Assembly (NCBI GenBank): GCA_964527555.1
Contig: CAZGOG010000004.1
Span: 10,593-74,592 of the forward strand
Direction: 5' to 3'
From: an uncultured Planctomycetia bacterium
Lineage (GTDB): Bacteria; Omnitrophota; Gorgyraeia; Tantalellales; Tantalellaceae
DNA length: 64,000 nucleotides
Made by a program: the position numbers and the translations under genes. Every line of letters begins with the position of its first letter. The stretch's first letter is position 1. Positions 48,237-57,594 of this stretch are shown here, piece after piece. The notes under the pieces are model-generated. The model saw only the letters and a list, made by a program, of their open reading frames with translations. It was not told the origin of the DNA and made no database searches.

Positions 48237-49389
48237 AACTAAATTAATTCTTGTTATAACTCTTAGTATGATCTTTGTGTTTTTATGGGCAAAGAGCACC
48301 AGCTGGGTTCGTCTGGCTAAAGCAGATTTTTATATTAAGGAAGGCCAGACGGATAAGGCCCTCAAGGTTTATGAGAGTATTTTTCGTAAGGAAGAAATAT
48401 TATCCGAAAGCGGGACAGTTCGCACGTTTTTTAAATTAAAACCGCAGAAAGAGTATAATGTCGGTTCTTTTTTGGCTGATTATTATAAAAATAACGGCGA
48501 TCTTGAGAAAGAAATAAAATGCCTGAAAAGACTCGCGCAGTTAAAACCAAATGAGGAAAATAGTTATCTCAGGCTTTATGATATTTATGTAAGTAAAGAT
48601 GATATCAGGGAAGCAACGAAGGTGGTTGCCTGTTATGAAAAGGCCAATAGTCGCATTTTCCCGAGAGAAATGCCCCGCGATTTACTTTGGGAATATAACC
48701 TGGGGAAAAGTTATTTGGATAAAGGCATGCTCGAAAAGGCTGAAAAATCATTCAAGTTTTGTCTTGAGAAAAACAGTAAATTCGCGGATGTATATTATTT
48801 ACTAGGCGCAGTTTACCAGAAAGAAGGGAGGAGGGAGGAGGCAATCGAAGAGTACCGGCAGGCTGTCAGCATCGCTCCGAACCACATGGGCTCATTGGTT
48901 GCTTTAAGCGGATTATATGAAAAGCCGGGTGCAGGTGAAGGCCAGTTTATAGAAAAGAGAATTGAGGAATTAACGCCTCCCGATAAGGCGGATATTAATT
49001 TTTCTGATAAGATTCAGCTTTTGGGGTATGATATCGGAATAGGCGCGGATAAAAGAGCGCTTTTTAAGTTCTGGTTTAAATGTTTGAGTGAAATAGACAG
49101 GGATTATTTGTGTGTGATCTATGTTAAAACAAAGGATCTGGATTTATTGCCGCCAAAACGAAAAAATATAGGATTTTTATGTTTTTCCGATAAAATAGCG
49201 GGAGGTACTTCAAACTGGCAGATAGGTGAAGTATATACGACTGAATTTAAAAGAAGAGTAAAGACAGAAAAATATCAGGTGATATTTTTTCTTAAAAGTT
49301 CCGGCGGTGAAGATTCTTCCCCGATGGTTTTAAGAAACACTGCCACAGGCGGAAGGAACGCGGATCTGGGGGTTATAAGGATTTTTTAA
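48229..49389 (+). CDS. Membrane-anchored TPR protein with C-terminal beta domain
   Basis: TM, TPRs, C-terminal NFSDKIQLLGY...WQIGE; start overlapping the upstream stop. Confidence 0.75.
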   Translation: MNKTKLILVITLSMIFVFLWAKSTSWVRLAKADFYIKEGQTDKALKVYESIFRKEEILSESGTVRTFFKLKPQKEYNVGSFLADYYKNNGDLEKEIKCLKRLAQLKPNEENSYLRLYDIYVSKDDIREATKVVACYEKANSRIFPREMPRDLLWEYNLGKSYLDKGMLEKAEKSFKFCLEKNSKFADVYYLLGAVYQKEGRREEAIEEYRQAVSIAPNHMGSLVALSGLYEKPGAGEGQFIEKRIEELTPPDKADINFSDKIQLLGYDIGIGADKRALFKFWFKCLSEIDRDYLCVIYVKTKDLDLLPPKRKNIGFLCFSDKIAGGTSNWQIGEVYTTEFKRRVKTEKYQVIFFLKSSGGEDSSPMVLRNTATGGRNADLGVIRIF

Positions 49390-49410
49390 ATCAAAGGTTT
49401 TCAGTTTATT

Positions 49411-50970
49411 ATGCAAGCTAAGAAGAGAAGAAGGATGTTTAAGGCGCTATTGGTAGGGACGGTATTTTCCTTTATCGGCATTGTGACTAACCAGCTTGGG
49501 GGAATAGGTCTTAAGGTAATGCTTGCGCGTCTCCTGGGGCCGGAAGAATTTGGTCTGGTGAACCTGAGTTTAGCCATACTGGTAGTTGTGACAAGTTTCA
49601 CCCTTATGGGATACCAGAACGGGGTCACGCGTTTTACTGCCTTTTACAAAGGACAGGGTGAAACGGGTAAAATCAAAACCACGATTCAAATTGTCTGGAA
49701 AATCATACTTCTTTCGTCATGTGCAGGGGGGCTTCTTGTTTATCTATTTTCCGGGAAGATGGCCGCAAGCGTTTTCCACGATCAGAAACTGATGCCGGTA
49801 TTAAAGATATTTGCTTTCGCCGTGCCCTTACTCGCTTTAAGCAGGGTGTTTAATGCGGGCCTGCGCGGGTTTAAAAAGATCCATCTTGTTATCATCACGG
49901 ACAGAATCTTGTGGCGGGTAATGCCTTTGGTATTAGTTGCGTTTCTCTTCCTGTTCTTTAATCTCGAGCTTAACGGTGTGGCATATTCATTTCTTATTAC
50001 TGTTGCTATGATGCTTATGGTATCGGCGATCTTTTTATATAGGGAAATCGTCTCTTACCCGAATAGTTTGGATAAAAAAACATGTTTAAGGGAAATAACC
50101 CAGTATTCATGGCCGGTAGCTCTGGTAGAAATCGGGAATAACTTAAAAACCAGGACCGACACACTTCTAATAGCGTTTTTCCTGGGGGCTTATGAAGTTG
50201 GTATATTTTCCGTGGCGCTTACCCTTGCCGCTTTTTTACACCTTTTTTTAAGTTCAATAGTTGTCATATTTAATCCGGTCGCTTCAGAGCTCTTTGGTGA
50301 GAATAATATGGCTGAGATAGGCAGGATCTTTTCGCTTGTCACAAAATGGCTTGTCTTATTGGCGCTTCCGATTTTACTATTCCTTATGTTTTTTCCCGGG
50401 ATAACGATTTCGGTTTTGTTTGGCGCCTCTTACAAAAGCGCGGCTCCCGCATTAGCTATTCTCGCATTTTGTTTTTTTGCAAAAACCGCTGTGGGGCCCA
50501 GTGGAGCTACGTTGCTTGCTATGGGGCATTCAAAGATTAACATGCTGATTTCTATTTCGACGCTTCTTGTCAGTATTTTCCTGTGTCTTTTGCTGATTCC
50601 AAGGTACGGGATAATCGGGGCGGCGATAGCAACAGGATCTGCTACTATATTCCAGCAGGCAAGCATGTTTGTTATGATGAGGAAATATATCGAAGTACAC
50701 TTTTTCAGAAAAAAACTGTTTTTTTATATCGGCTATTGTATTACGCTAAGCGCGATCTTTCGGATATCTTTAGGCAATTTCATGCATAACATATTAGGTC
50801 TTTTTGCACTTGGCGTATTGTTTTACGTTCTTGCCCTATATGGGGTATTAATCACCAAACAGCTGGAAAGAGATGATCTTGTCCTGATCGCCAGGTTTCG
50901 TCGGAAGATCAGGTCGAAAAGAAAATATTCCAACAAAACCCTGCAGGCTGGGGATAATAACTATATGTAG
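49411..50970 (+). CDS. wzx: Wzx-type polysaccharide flippase
   Basis: LARLLGPEEFG, D..LI.FFLG..EVGIF, LIPRYGIIGAAIAT. Confidence 0.9.
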   Translation: MQAKKRRRMFKALLVGTVFSFIGIVTNQLGGIGLKVMLARLLGPEEFGLVNLSLAILVVVTSFTLMGYQNGVTRFTAFYKGQGETGKIKTTIQIVWKIILLSSCAGGLLVYLFSGKMAASVFHDQKLMPVLKIFAFAVPLLALSRVFNAGLRGFKKIHLVIITDRILWRVMPLVLVAFLFLFFNLELNGVAYSFLITVAMMLMVSAIFLYREIVSYPNSLDKKTCLREITQYSWPVALVEIGNNLKTRTDTLLIAFFLGAYEVGIFSVALTLAAFLHLFLSSIVVIFNPVASELFGENNMAEIGRIFSLVTKWLVLLALPILLFLMFFPGITISVLFGASYKSAAPALAILAFCFFAKTAVGPSGATLLAMGHSKINMLISISTLLVSIFLCLLLIPRYGIIGAAIATGSATIFQQASMFVMMRKYIEVHFFRKKLFFYIGYCITLSAIFRISLGNFMHNILGLFALGVLFYVLALYGVLITKQLERDDLVLIARFRRKIRSKRKYSNKTLQAGDNNYM

Positions 50971-51015
50971 GGTTACTTGCGTGCTATTTTATAAGATGTA
51001 TATGATGGGTGAAAG

Positions 51016-51903
51016 ATGTCAATTATAGTTAATATTTGCGGTCCGGGTCGTTCCGGGAGCACTCTGCTTGGTTCAATGCTGGGCAATTCTCCAAATGCTT
51101 TTCATTGCGGGGAAGTTTATGCCTGGTTCAGACCGTATCGAACGCATCATTTTAAAATCAAGTGCACCTGTAAGGAAGACCCATGTCCATACTGGGAAAA
51201 GATCAAGGATTATCCGGAGAGTGACTTTCACAAAAAGGCATTCGAAAGGCTGGGTGTTGATTTTGTAATAGACTCCTCAAAAGAAATTTCATGGGTGGTA
51301 GACAATAACAGGTGGGCCGCTAGAAACGGCATCAAAGTGATTAATTTGATAATCTGGAAAAAACTATTAGATCTAGTTTATTCCCACTGGAAACGGGGTA
51401 GGGGTATGGTAAGTTGGCGCAGAAATTTTTTGAACTGGCATAGAAAATTTTCTGATACGCGCCTTCCGTTTGTTTCCGTGTGTTATAACGAGCTTGCAAG
51501 TGACCCCTCGGGTAAGTTAAAAGATATATGCAGAGTGATCGGTATGGAATATTCCCCGGGAAAAGAGGACTTCTGGAATAGACCCCAGCATCATCTTTTT
51601 GGCAGCTTAGGCATAAGGAAACAACTGGAAACTGGCAATTTCGAAGGGATTAGACCGCCGGAAGAATTTTCACCTGAGTTTAAAAAAAATTTGGAATTTT
51701 TAAATGAAAAAATCACCAAGGATAAAGAAGTTCAAGGAATAATGGAGAGACTGGAGGAAAGGGAGGTCTCGAACATTGACTATCAGGCGTGTGGGGAGAC
51801 GGCAAAGTGGATGCGCAGGGTCTATCCGCCCTGGTATTATCTTAAGAAAGTGCAAAGAGTATATAAGAGACACTTTCCTCAAGTTTGGATTCATGAGCAA
51901 TAG
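51016..51903 (+). CDS. Sulfotransferase-family protein
   Basis: GPGRSGSTLL 5'-PSB loop, CGE, IDSSK, YNEL..DP. Confidence 0.8.
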   Translation: MSIIVNICGPGRSGSTLLGSMLGNSPNAFHCGEVYAWFRPYRTHHFKIKCTCKEDPCPYWEKIKDYPESDFHKKAFERLGVDFVIDSSKEISWVVDNNRWAARNGIKVINLIIWKKLLDLVYSHWKRGRGMVSWRRNFLNWHRKFSDTRLPFVSVCYNELASDPSGKLKDICRVIGMEYSPGKEDFWNRPQHHLFGSLGIRKQLETGNFEGIRPPEEFSPEFKKNLEFLNEKITKDKEVQGIMERLEEREVSNIDYQACGETAKWMRRVYPPWYYLKKVQRVYKRHFPQVWIHEQ

Positions 51904-51933
51904 GGGCTATTAAGAGAAGGATATTGGTGGCTA

Positions 51934-53250
51934 ATGGATGAGGTGTTAAAGATTCCCAGCATAAAAATCCGTCAGATTTTCTTTCTGTTAGCTCTGGGGA
52001 TTATACCATTTTATGTCATAGCGCGGCTTACGCAGTATAAGTTCTTTTTTATATATACCGCATTTGTTTTTTATAACCTCTTGATACTGTCCTTTTATTA
52101 CCGTAAGGCGCTGTTTTACACGGTCAAAAACAATGTCTTAATGATCGGGTTGTTTGCTTCTTTCTATGTGTCGTCAGTCTGGAGTATAAACCGCGGCGAA
52201 GTTTTATGGTCCTCTTTTGTTGTTACTATTTACCTTTTGGTATATATGATTTTCTGCTTTATTGTGGTCAACTATACCCATAAGGACATCGAAGGCATAT
52301 ACATGTTTATACCGGTTTTCTTGTTCGTGCTAAACGTAGTTTTGATCTATAAATACGGCAATATCCGCGTTGAAACCGTACAGGTAAACGAATTTATTAT
52401 AAGCCGGGGAGGGGAAGCAACCGATTTGATCGGTATCGAGAGGGTCAGGGACGTCTTGCGGTCTTTTCCTAATCATATGGTCGCGCTGGTGGAAGTGTGT
52501 ATTCCCTTCCTTTTGTACTTTATCAAATTCCAGAGGAGAAAACTGTTCTTGTATATGATACTGGCACTTGCCCTGTTCGATGTTTTTATTTCACAGTCAC
52601 TAAGTGCGTATGCGGTTCTTATAATCGTGCTTGTAATGACTTCGCTTATGTATAGCCGTAATGCCTTTAGATTTATAAAATACATGTTTGCCATGCTGCT
52701 AGTGGTGGGTATAATTTTTTCAGTGCTTCTCGCTATACCGCGGACTAACCGGTTCATAAATATAACATGGTACCGGCTTGCCCGGTTTTCAGACAATGTG
52801 CAGACTTTCGTGGAAGGAGGGGAAGAGGAGGCTGGTAACAGAATAAAGATGTACAAGACGGGGTTTAAAATCATAAGGAAACATCCTGTTTTAGGTGTTG
52901 GGTTTGACAATTTCGGCGCGTATATGCAGAAAATATACGGTTTTGAAGTTATTTCACACAATGTTATTTTTACGGTTTGGACTGGATCCGGAATTATAGG
53001 CTTAATTTTGTTTTTAAGCATTATCTTTAAAGCTTTTAAGAATTTATGGAGAAAGCACAAGCATTACTATCGCAGCAATCCGGAACTTTCATACTGGTTT
53101 TTGGCTAACTGGATAGCGCTACTGCTCTTGCTGATTCACGGACAAACGCGGCCACTGTTGAATAACCCTGTTTTTTATCTGCCTCTGGCGGTAGGGCTTA
53201 TGAGCAAGGATACTGCTTCTGGCGAGGAAGAATACTTGAAGAGGGCATGA
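51934..53250 (+). CDS. Wzy polymerase / O-antigen-ligase family protein
   Basis: About 11 TM; R...HPVLGVG..NF...SHN...GIIG. Confidence 0.85.
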   Translation: MDEVLKIPSIKIRQIFFLLALGIIPFYVIARLTQYKFFFIYTAFVFYNLLILSFYYRKALFYTVKNNVLMIGLFASFYVSSVWSINRGEVLWSSFVVTIYLLVYMIFCFIVVNYTHKDIEGIYMFIPVFLFVLNVVLIYKYGNIRVETVQVNEFIISRGGEATDLIGIERVRDVLRSFPNHMVALVEVCIPFLLYFIKFQRRKLFLYMILALALFDVFISQSLSAYAVLIIVLVMTSLMYSRNAFRFIKYMFAMLLVVGIIFSVLLAIPRTNRFINITWYRLARFSDNVQTFVEGGEEEAGNRIKMYKTGFKIIRKHPVLGVGFDNFGAYMQKIYGFEVISHNVIFTVWTGSGIIGLILFLSIIFKAFKNLWRKHKHYYRSNPELSYWFLANWIALLLLLIHGQTRPLLNNPVFYLPLAVGLMSKDTASGEEEYLKRA

Positions 53251-54341
53251 AGATACTGATAATTACGACAAGAGACAAAAGGGAGAGATATCGTTTTTTA
53301 TCTGAACCGTTGGCAAAGATAGAGAATGTTAAAATCACTCTCTTTCGAAACGATGAAAACATTTTAAACTTTATTGTTAAATCTTTATTCTATGCGGTAA
53401 GAAACAGGGATTTTAATCTTATCCTCGTTTATGGTGGTGACTTTAAGAGTCTTTTCTGGACTTTTCTAGCAAGGACGGTGGTAAAAGCGAAAGTAATCTG
53501 TCGTCTAGGGGGTGACCCTATAGTTATAAGGAAAAAAGTCATAAAAACTGTTTTAGCGAATCATAAGTTTTTCAGGTATGTTAAACTGGCGATAAATTAT
53601 TTTATTACGAAAATACTTTTGCGATGCATCGATGGGGCCGTGGTCGTAAATAAATCTTTGATCGTTAGTTTAAAGAAATATACGCGCGAAGGAATACCAA
53701 TAGCAGTTATCCCGCAGCCCATAGCTGTAAAAGAGAGAGCCGAAAACAGTTTCTTTACAGCTAAAAGGGAGGAGTTTCATTTGTTGACGGTGACAAATCT
53801 CTCTTATCGGGATAAATATGAAGGTGTGTGTATGGTAATAAAAAATCTAAGTGAAGAGTTTAAATCAAATTATGGAAGCGCAAGGATTGTGTACGATATT
53901 CTCGGGGGAGGGTATTACCTTGAGAAGCTGAAAAAATTTTTAGAAAAATATACAGACCTACCCGACAATCTCAAAATTAACATGCATGGTTATGTTGAGA
54001 GGACAGAGCCTTTTTATAAAAATGCGGATTTATTTATTTACTCTTCTACTGTCGATGCAACGCCGAATGTTTTACTGGAAGCACAAAGTTACGGATTGGC
54101 GCTTCTGGTCAACTCCTATGAACCGTTTTATAATATCCTCAAAGAGGATGTAAATGCGCTCTTTTTCGATGACAGGGCGGGGGTAATTTTTCGCAGTAAG
54201 TTTAATGAGCTTTTGGAGAACAAGGCATTACGGGAGAGAATGGGGCGGAACAATCTCGAAAATATAGAGAAAAATTATTCCATTGGAGCGATAGCACAGA
54301 AATGGGAGTCATTTTTATCAAAACAAGAAATTAGAAAATAA
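53247..54341 (+). CDS. GT4 glycosyltransferase
   Basis: YKNADLFIYSS..DATPNVLLEAQSYG. Confidence 0.85.
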   Translation: MKILIITTRDKRERYRFLSEPLAKIENVKITLFRNDENILNFIVKSLFYAVRNRDFNLILVYGGDFKSLFWTFLARTVVKAKVICRLGGDPIVIRKKVIKTVLANHKFFRYVKLAINYFITKILLRCIDGAVVVNKSLIVSLKKYTREGIPIAVIPQPIAVKERAENSFFTAKREEFHLLTVTNLSYRDKYEGVCMVIKNLSEEFKSNYGSARIVYDILGGGYYLEKLKKFLEKYTDLPDNLKINMHGYVERTEPFYKNADLFIYSSTVDATPNVLLEAQSYGLALLVNSYEPFYNILKEDVNALFFDDRAGVIFRSKFNELLENKALRERMGRNNLENIEKNYSIGAIAQKWESFLSKQEIRK

Positions 54342-54342
54342 C

Positions 54343-55107
54343 ATGAATATAGCATTGATTTACAGAGGGATGATGGTATATGGTTTTTCGGGGATATTAC
54401 CACTGTATGTAGTTGCCGAATACCCAAGATCAGGCGGTACGTGGTTTGGGCAGATACTTGCAGAGTATCTGAATATTCCGTTTCCACGAAACAGGAAACC
54501 TGCTTTCAGATCATGTGTCATGCATGGGCATTATTTATATTCTCCTCTTATCAAGAACATCTTTATCGTTGTCAGGGATGGCCGTGACGTTATGGTCTCT
54601 TACTATTTTCACAGCTTGTTCATAAACGATAAATTTAATGCTTCGAGAGTGGAGCGTACAAGAAGAGCCCTGAGGTTTGAGGATTACCATGACGTAAAGA
54701 AAAACCTGCCGAAGTTTATCAAATATAAATTCACAAAAAGCATTTACAACAGGTTTACATGGTGTGAATTTGCTAACAATTGGCTTGATAAAGGGGTTAC
54801 TTTAGTAAAATACGAGAATTTGTTACAGGATGCTGCACGCGAAGCGGGAAGAGCTATAGAAAACGTGTGTGGTGTCAAAGCAGATTACGAACGCCTTGAA
54901 AAAGCGGCCGCGAAATATTCGTTTAAGAATCAGTCCCAAAGGGATCCCGGTGAAGAGAATAGGTCAAAATTTTTAAGAAAAGGAATAGCGGGGGATTGGA
55001 AAAATTATTTTACTAAGGATGCCTGCGAGGTTTTTGATAATTACGCCGGGGAAACTCTCATCCGTCTGGGATACGAAAAGGATAAAAGCTGGATAAACGA
55101 TATTTAA
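54343..55107 (+). CDS. Sulfotransferase (Sulfotransfer_1-like)
   Basis: EYPRSGGTW, RDGRDVMVSYY, YENL, RKGIAGDWKNYF. Confidence 0.9.
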   Translation: MNIALIYRGMMVYGFSGILPLYVVAEYPRSGGTWFGQILAEYLNIPFPRNRKPAFRSCVMHGHYLYSPLIKNIFIVVRDGRDVMVSYYFHSLFINDKFNASRVERTRRALRFEDYHDVKKNLPKFIKYKFTKSIYNRFTWCEFANNWLDKGVTLVKYENLLQDAAREAGRAIENVCGVKADYERLEKAAAKYSFKNQSQRDPGEENRSKFLRKGIAGDWKNYFTKDACEVFDNYAGETLIRLGYEKDKSWINDI

Positions 55108-55119
55108 ATTAGGAATATT

Positions 55120-56244
55120 ATGAATATTGCGATTAGTACTTTAGCTATAGGTTTTGCGGGAGGTAAGGATTACGCCAAGATGCTGATAAAGCACTTGGCT
55201 GAGAATGACAGAGATAACAATTACTTTATTTTCCTGAACCCACAGAAAGAAGAACTTATAAAAGAGGCAGAAAATTTTCAGTATATAAAATGCGGGTTTC
55301 CCTCACGAAATATTATTTTCAGATTACTATGGGAGCAGCTGTATCTGCCCTTTATCTTAAAGAGAAGAAGGATAGACGTTTTGTATAATCTTTCGGGGTA
55401 TGATGTTTTTTTTGCGCCCTGTAAGAAGGTTCTTAAGATAGCCAACATGGCTCCTTTTTGTCAGCAGACTGTAAGAGAAGCAGACCCGGTAAGCAAGGCA
55501 AGGCTTTTTCTTTTGAAGTATTTGGGGCTGATTTCTTTTAAGACGGTGGATGCGGTTATCGTTATGAGCGAGAGCGCAAAAACGGATCTGTTGAAAAAGA
55601 CAGGGGCTTCAGCTGACAAGTTTTTTGGAATCCTGCACAGCGCGGATATACAGAATCTAAAAGACTGTGGCGACACAGAAGAAAAACTCGTTGACGGTGA
55701 TTATGCACTTGCAGTCTCTAACATATACCCCTATAAGAAACTCATCGAAACTATTGAAGCTTTCCATATTTTCTTGAAAGAAAGCAAAAATCCTTCTTTA
55801 AAGCTGGTTATAGCAGGGGCGATTAAGAATAAAAAGTATTATGCTAAAGTACTTAAGTTTATTAAAGACAAGGACTTAGGGGGCAAAGTGGTTTTCCTGG
55901 GTTTTGTCCCCAGAAATCAATTGTACTGGCTGTATAAAAGGTGTAAAATTTTTATTTTTAGTTCGATAGTTGAAACTTGTTCCAGAGCGTTGATTGAAGC
56001 CATGAAATGCGGCACTGCTATCCTGTGTTCCGAAAGAAGCGTTCTGCCAGAGATATGTCAGGAGGCAGCTGTTTATTTTGATCCGGATAACCCTGTAGAT
56101 TTATCCGAGAAAATGGAGAAGTTGTTACAGTCCTCGGATTTAATTGAACAGATGAAGACAAAGAGTTTAAAGAGAGCAGAAGAATTTGATTGGGACAAAA
56201 CTGCACTTAAAACGCTTGAGGCATTAGAGCGAGTAGCTTCCTGA
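55120..56244 (+). CDS. GT4 glycosyltransferase
   Basis: WEQ..LP, YKK, IEAMKCG, LPEI...AAVYFDP. Confidence 0.88.
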   Translation: MNIAISTLAIGFAGGKDYAKMLIKHLAENDRDNNYFIFLNPQKEELIKEAENFQYIKCGFPSRNIIFRLLWEQLYLPFILKRRRIDVLYNLSGYDVFFAPCKKVLKIANMAPFCQQTVREADPVSKARLFLLKYLGLISFKTVDAVIVMSESAKTDLLKKTGASADKFFGILHSADIQNLKDCGDTEEKLVDGDYALAVSNIYPYKKLIETIEAFHIFLKESKNPSLKLVIAGAIKNKKYYAKVLKFIKDKDLGGKVVFLGFVPRNQLYWLYKRCKIFIFSSIVETCSRALIEAMKCGTAILCSERSVLPEICQEAAVYFDPDNPVDLSEKMEKLLQSSDLIEQMKTKSLKRAEEFDWDKTALKTLEALERVAS

Positions 56245-56293
56245 TGATGCAGTAGATGGCCTTTAAACGGACAATAAGGAAGAGAGCGGATAT

Positions 56294-57592
56294 ATGAATA
56301 AAAAGAATGTGATACTTATAACTGTTGATTCCCTGAGGAAAGATTTCTTGTCACTTTCTGATGGCGCATTCCCTAATTTAAAAAAACTAGCTGGAGAAAG
56401 CTGTGTTTTTAACAATGTTTACGCGACTGCACCGGCAACTAGGGGGGCCTTTTCTTCGATTTTTACATCCACATATCCGTCAATGTACGGGGGCAAGATC
56501 TCGATATCCGAGGAGAGGATGACGATAGCGGAAGCATTTAAAAGATCTGGATGGAGAACTTACGGGTTTCATTCCAATCCGTTTTTAAGCAAGCTATTTA
56601 AATATGACAAGGGTTTTAAGGTTTTTTATGATGATCTTTCCATTACTGAGAGGATGAGCGGCAGCAAGATGCACCTGGTGAATAGAATAAAAAGGATTAT
56701 AAAACTGCAAGCATATTTACCGGCGGAAAAACTTAATAAAAAAGTTTTTGGTATCTTAGATAATAACGACTTGAAAGAAGAGAATAATTTCATCTGGGTA
56801 CATTATATGGATGCCCATGGGCCGTATTACGGGAGGAGAAGAGGTATTTCTTTAGCAAGACCTTTTTATGAAATGAGATGGCAAAAAGCCATAAGAGCAA
56901 GAAGTAACAGCCACCTGACAGCAAAACTTAAGAAGGATTACGTCAATGAACTTAAATATTTGGATGTTTATATAGGAGAGCTAATAGATTATTTTAAAAA
57001 GCGCGGTATCTATGACCAAAGCATTATTGTATTTATGGCGGATCATGGAGACGCGTTTGGGGAGCATGGGTTTTATTCACATCCACAGAAATTATATAAT
57101 GAACTTATAAAAATACCACTAATGATGAAGTTTCCAAAAAAGTTTACTACTAAAATTGATTTAGATAAGTTAATAAGTACAATTGATTTAGCTCCGTCAT
57201 TGTTGAATTTTTGTGAAGTGAAAGTACCGGAGAAATTTTTAGGTATTGATTTTGTCTCAGATAATTTTAATGAGTATGTTTTCAGTGAAGCGGATACTCG
57301 CATAGATATGAATACCGGAGAGCAAATAGAGCAAATGTTTTCGCTTGTAAACGATAAATGGAAGTATATATTTGAGACGGAGAGCAAAACTGAAGAATTG
57401 TTCGATCTTATCTCTGATCCACATGAAATTACGGATTTATCGGGAGATCATCCTGAAGTCATGCTAATGATGAAACGCAAACTTGCGGAGTATAGAAACT
57501 TACTTGCTAGTGGTGAGAAAGAAACTCGCCTCGAACAAAAAGAGGATATTGAACAGATTGAAGAAAGATTAAAAACTTTAGGATACATGTAA
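56294..57592 (+). CDS. Sulfatase-like AlkP-superfamily protein
   Basis: NVILITVDSLR, HYMDAHGPY, ADHGD..GEHG, ELFDL..DPHE, LKTLGY. Confidence 0.85.
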   Translation: MNKKNVILITVDSLRKDFLSLSDGAFPNLKKLAGESCVFNNVYATAPATRGAFSSIFTSTYPSMYGGKISISEERMTIAEAFKRSGWRTYGFHSNPFLSKLFKYDKGFKVFYDDLSITERMSGSKMHLVNRIKRIIKLQAYLPAEKLNKKVFGILDNNDLKEENNFIWVHYMDAHGPYYGRRRGISLARPFYEMRWQKAIRARSNSHLTAKLKKDYVNELKYLDVYIGELIDYFKKRGIYDQSIIVFMADHGDAFGEHGFYSHPQKLYNELIKIPLMMKFPKKFTTKIDLDKLISTIDLAPSLLNFCEVKVPEKFLGIDFVSDNFNEYVFSEADTRIDMNTGEQIEQMFSLVNDKWKYIFETESKTEELFDLISDPHEITDLSGDHPEVMLMMKRKLAEYRNLLASGEKETRLEQKEDIEQIEERLKTLGYM

Positions 57593-57594
57593 AA

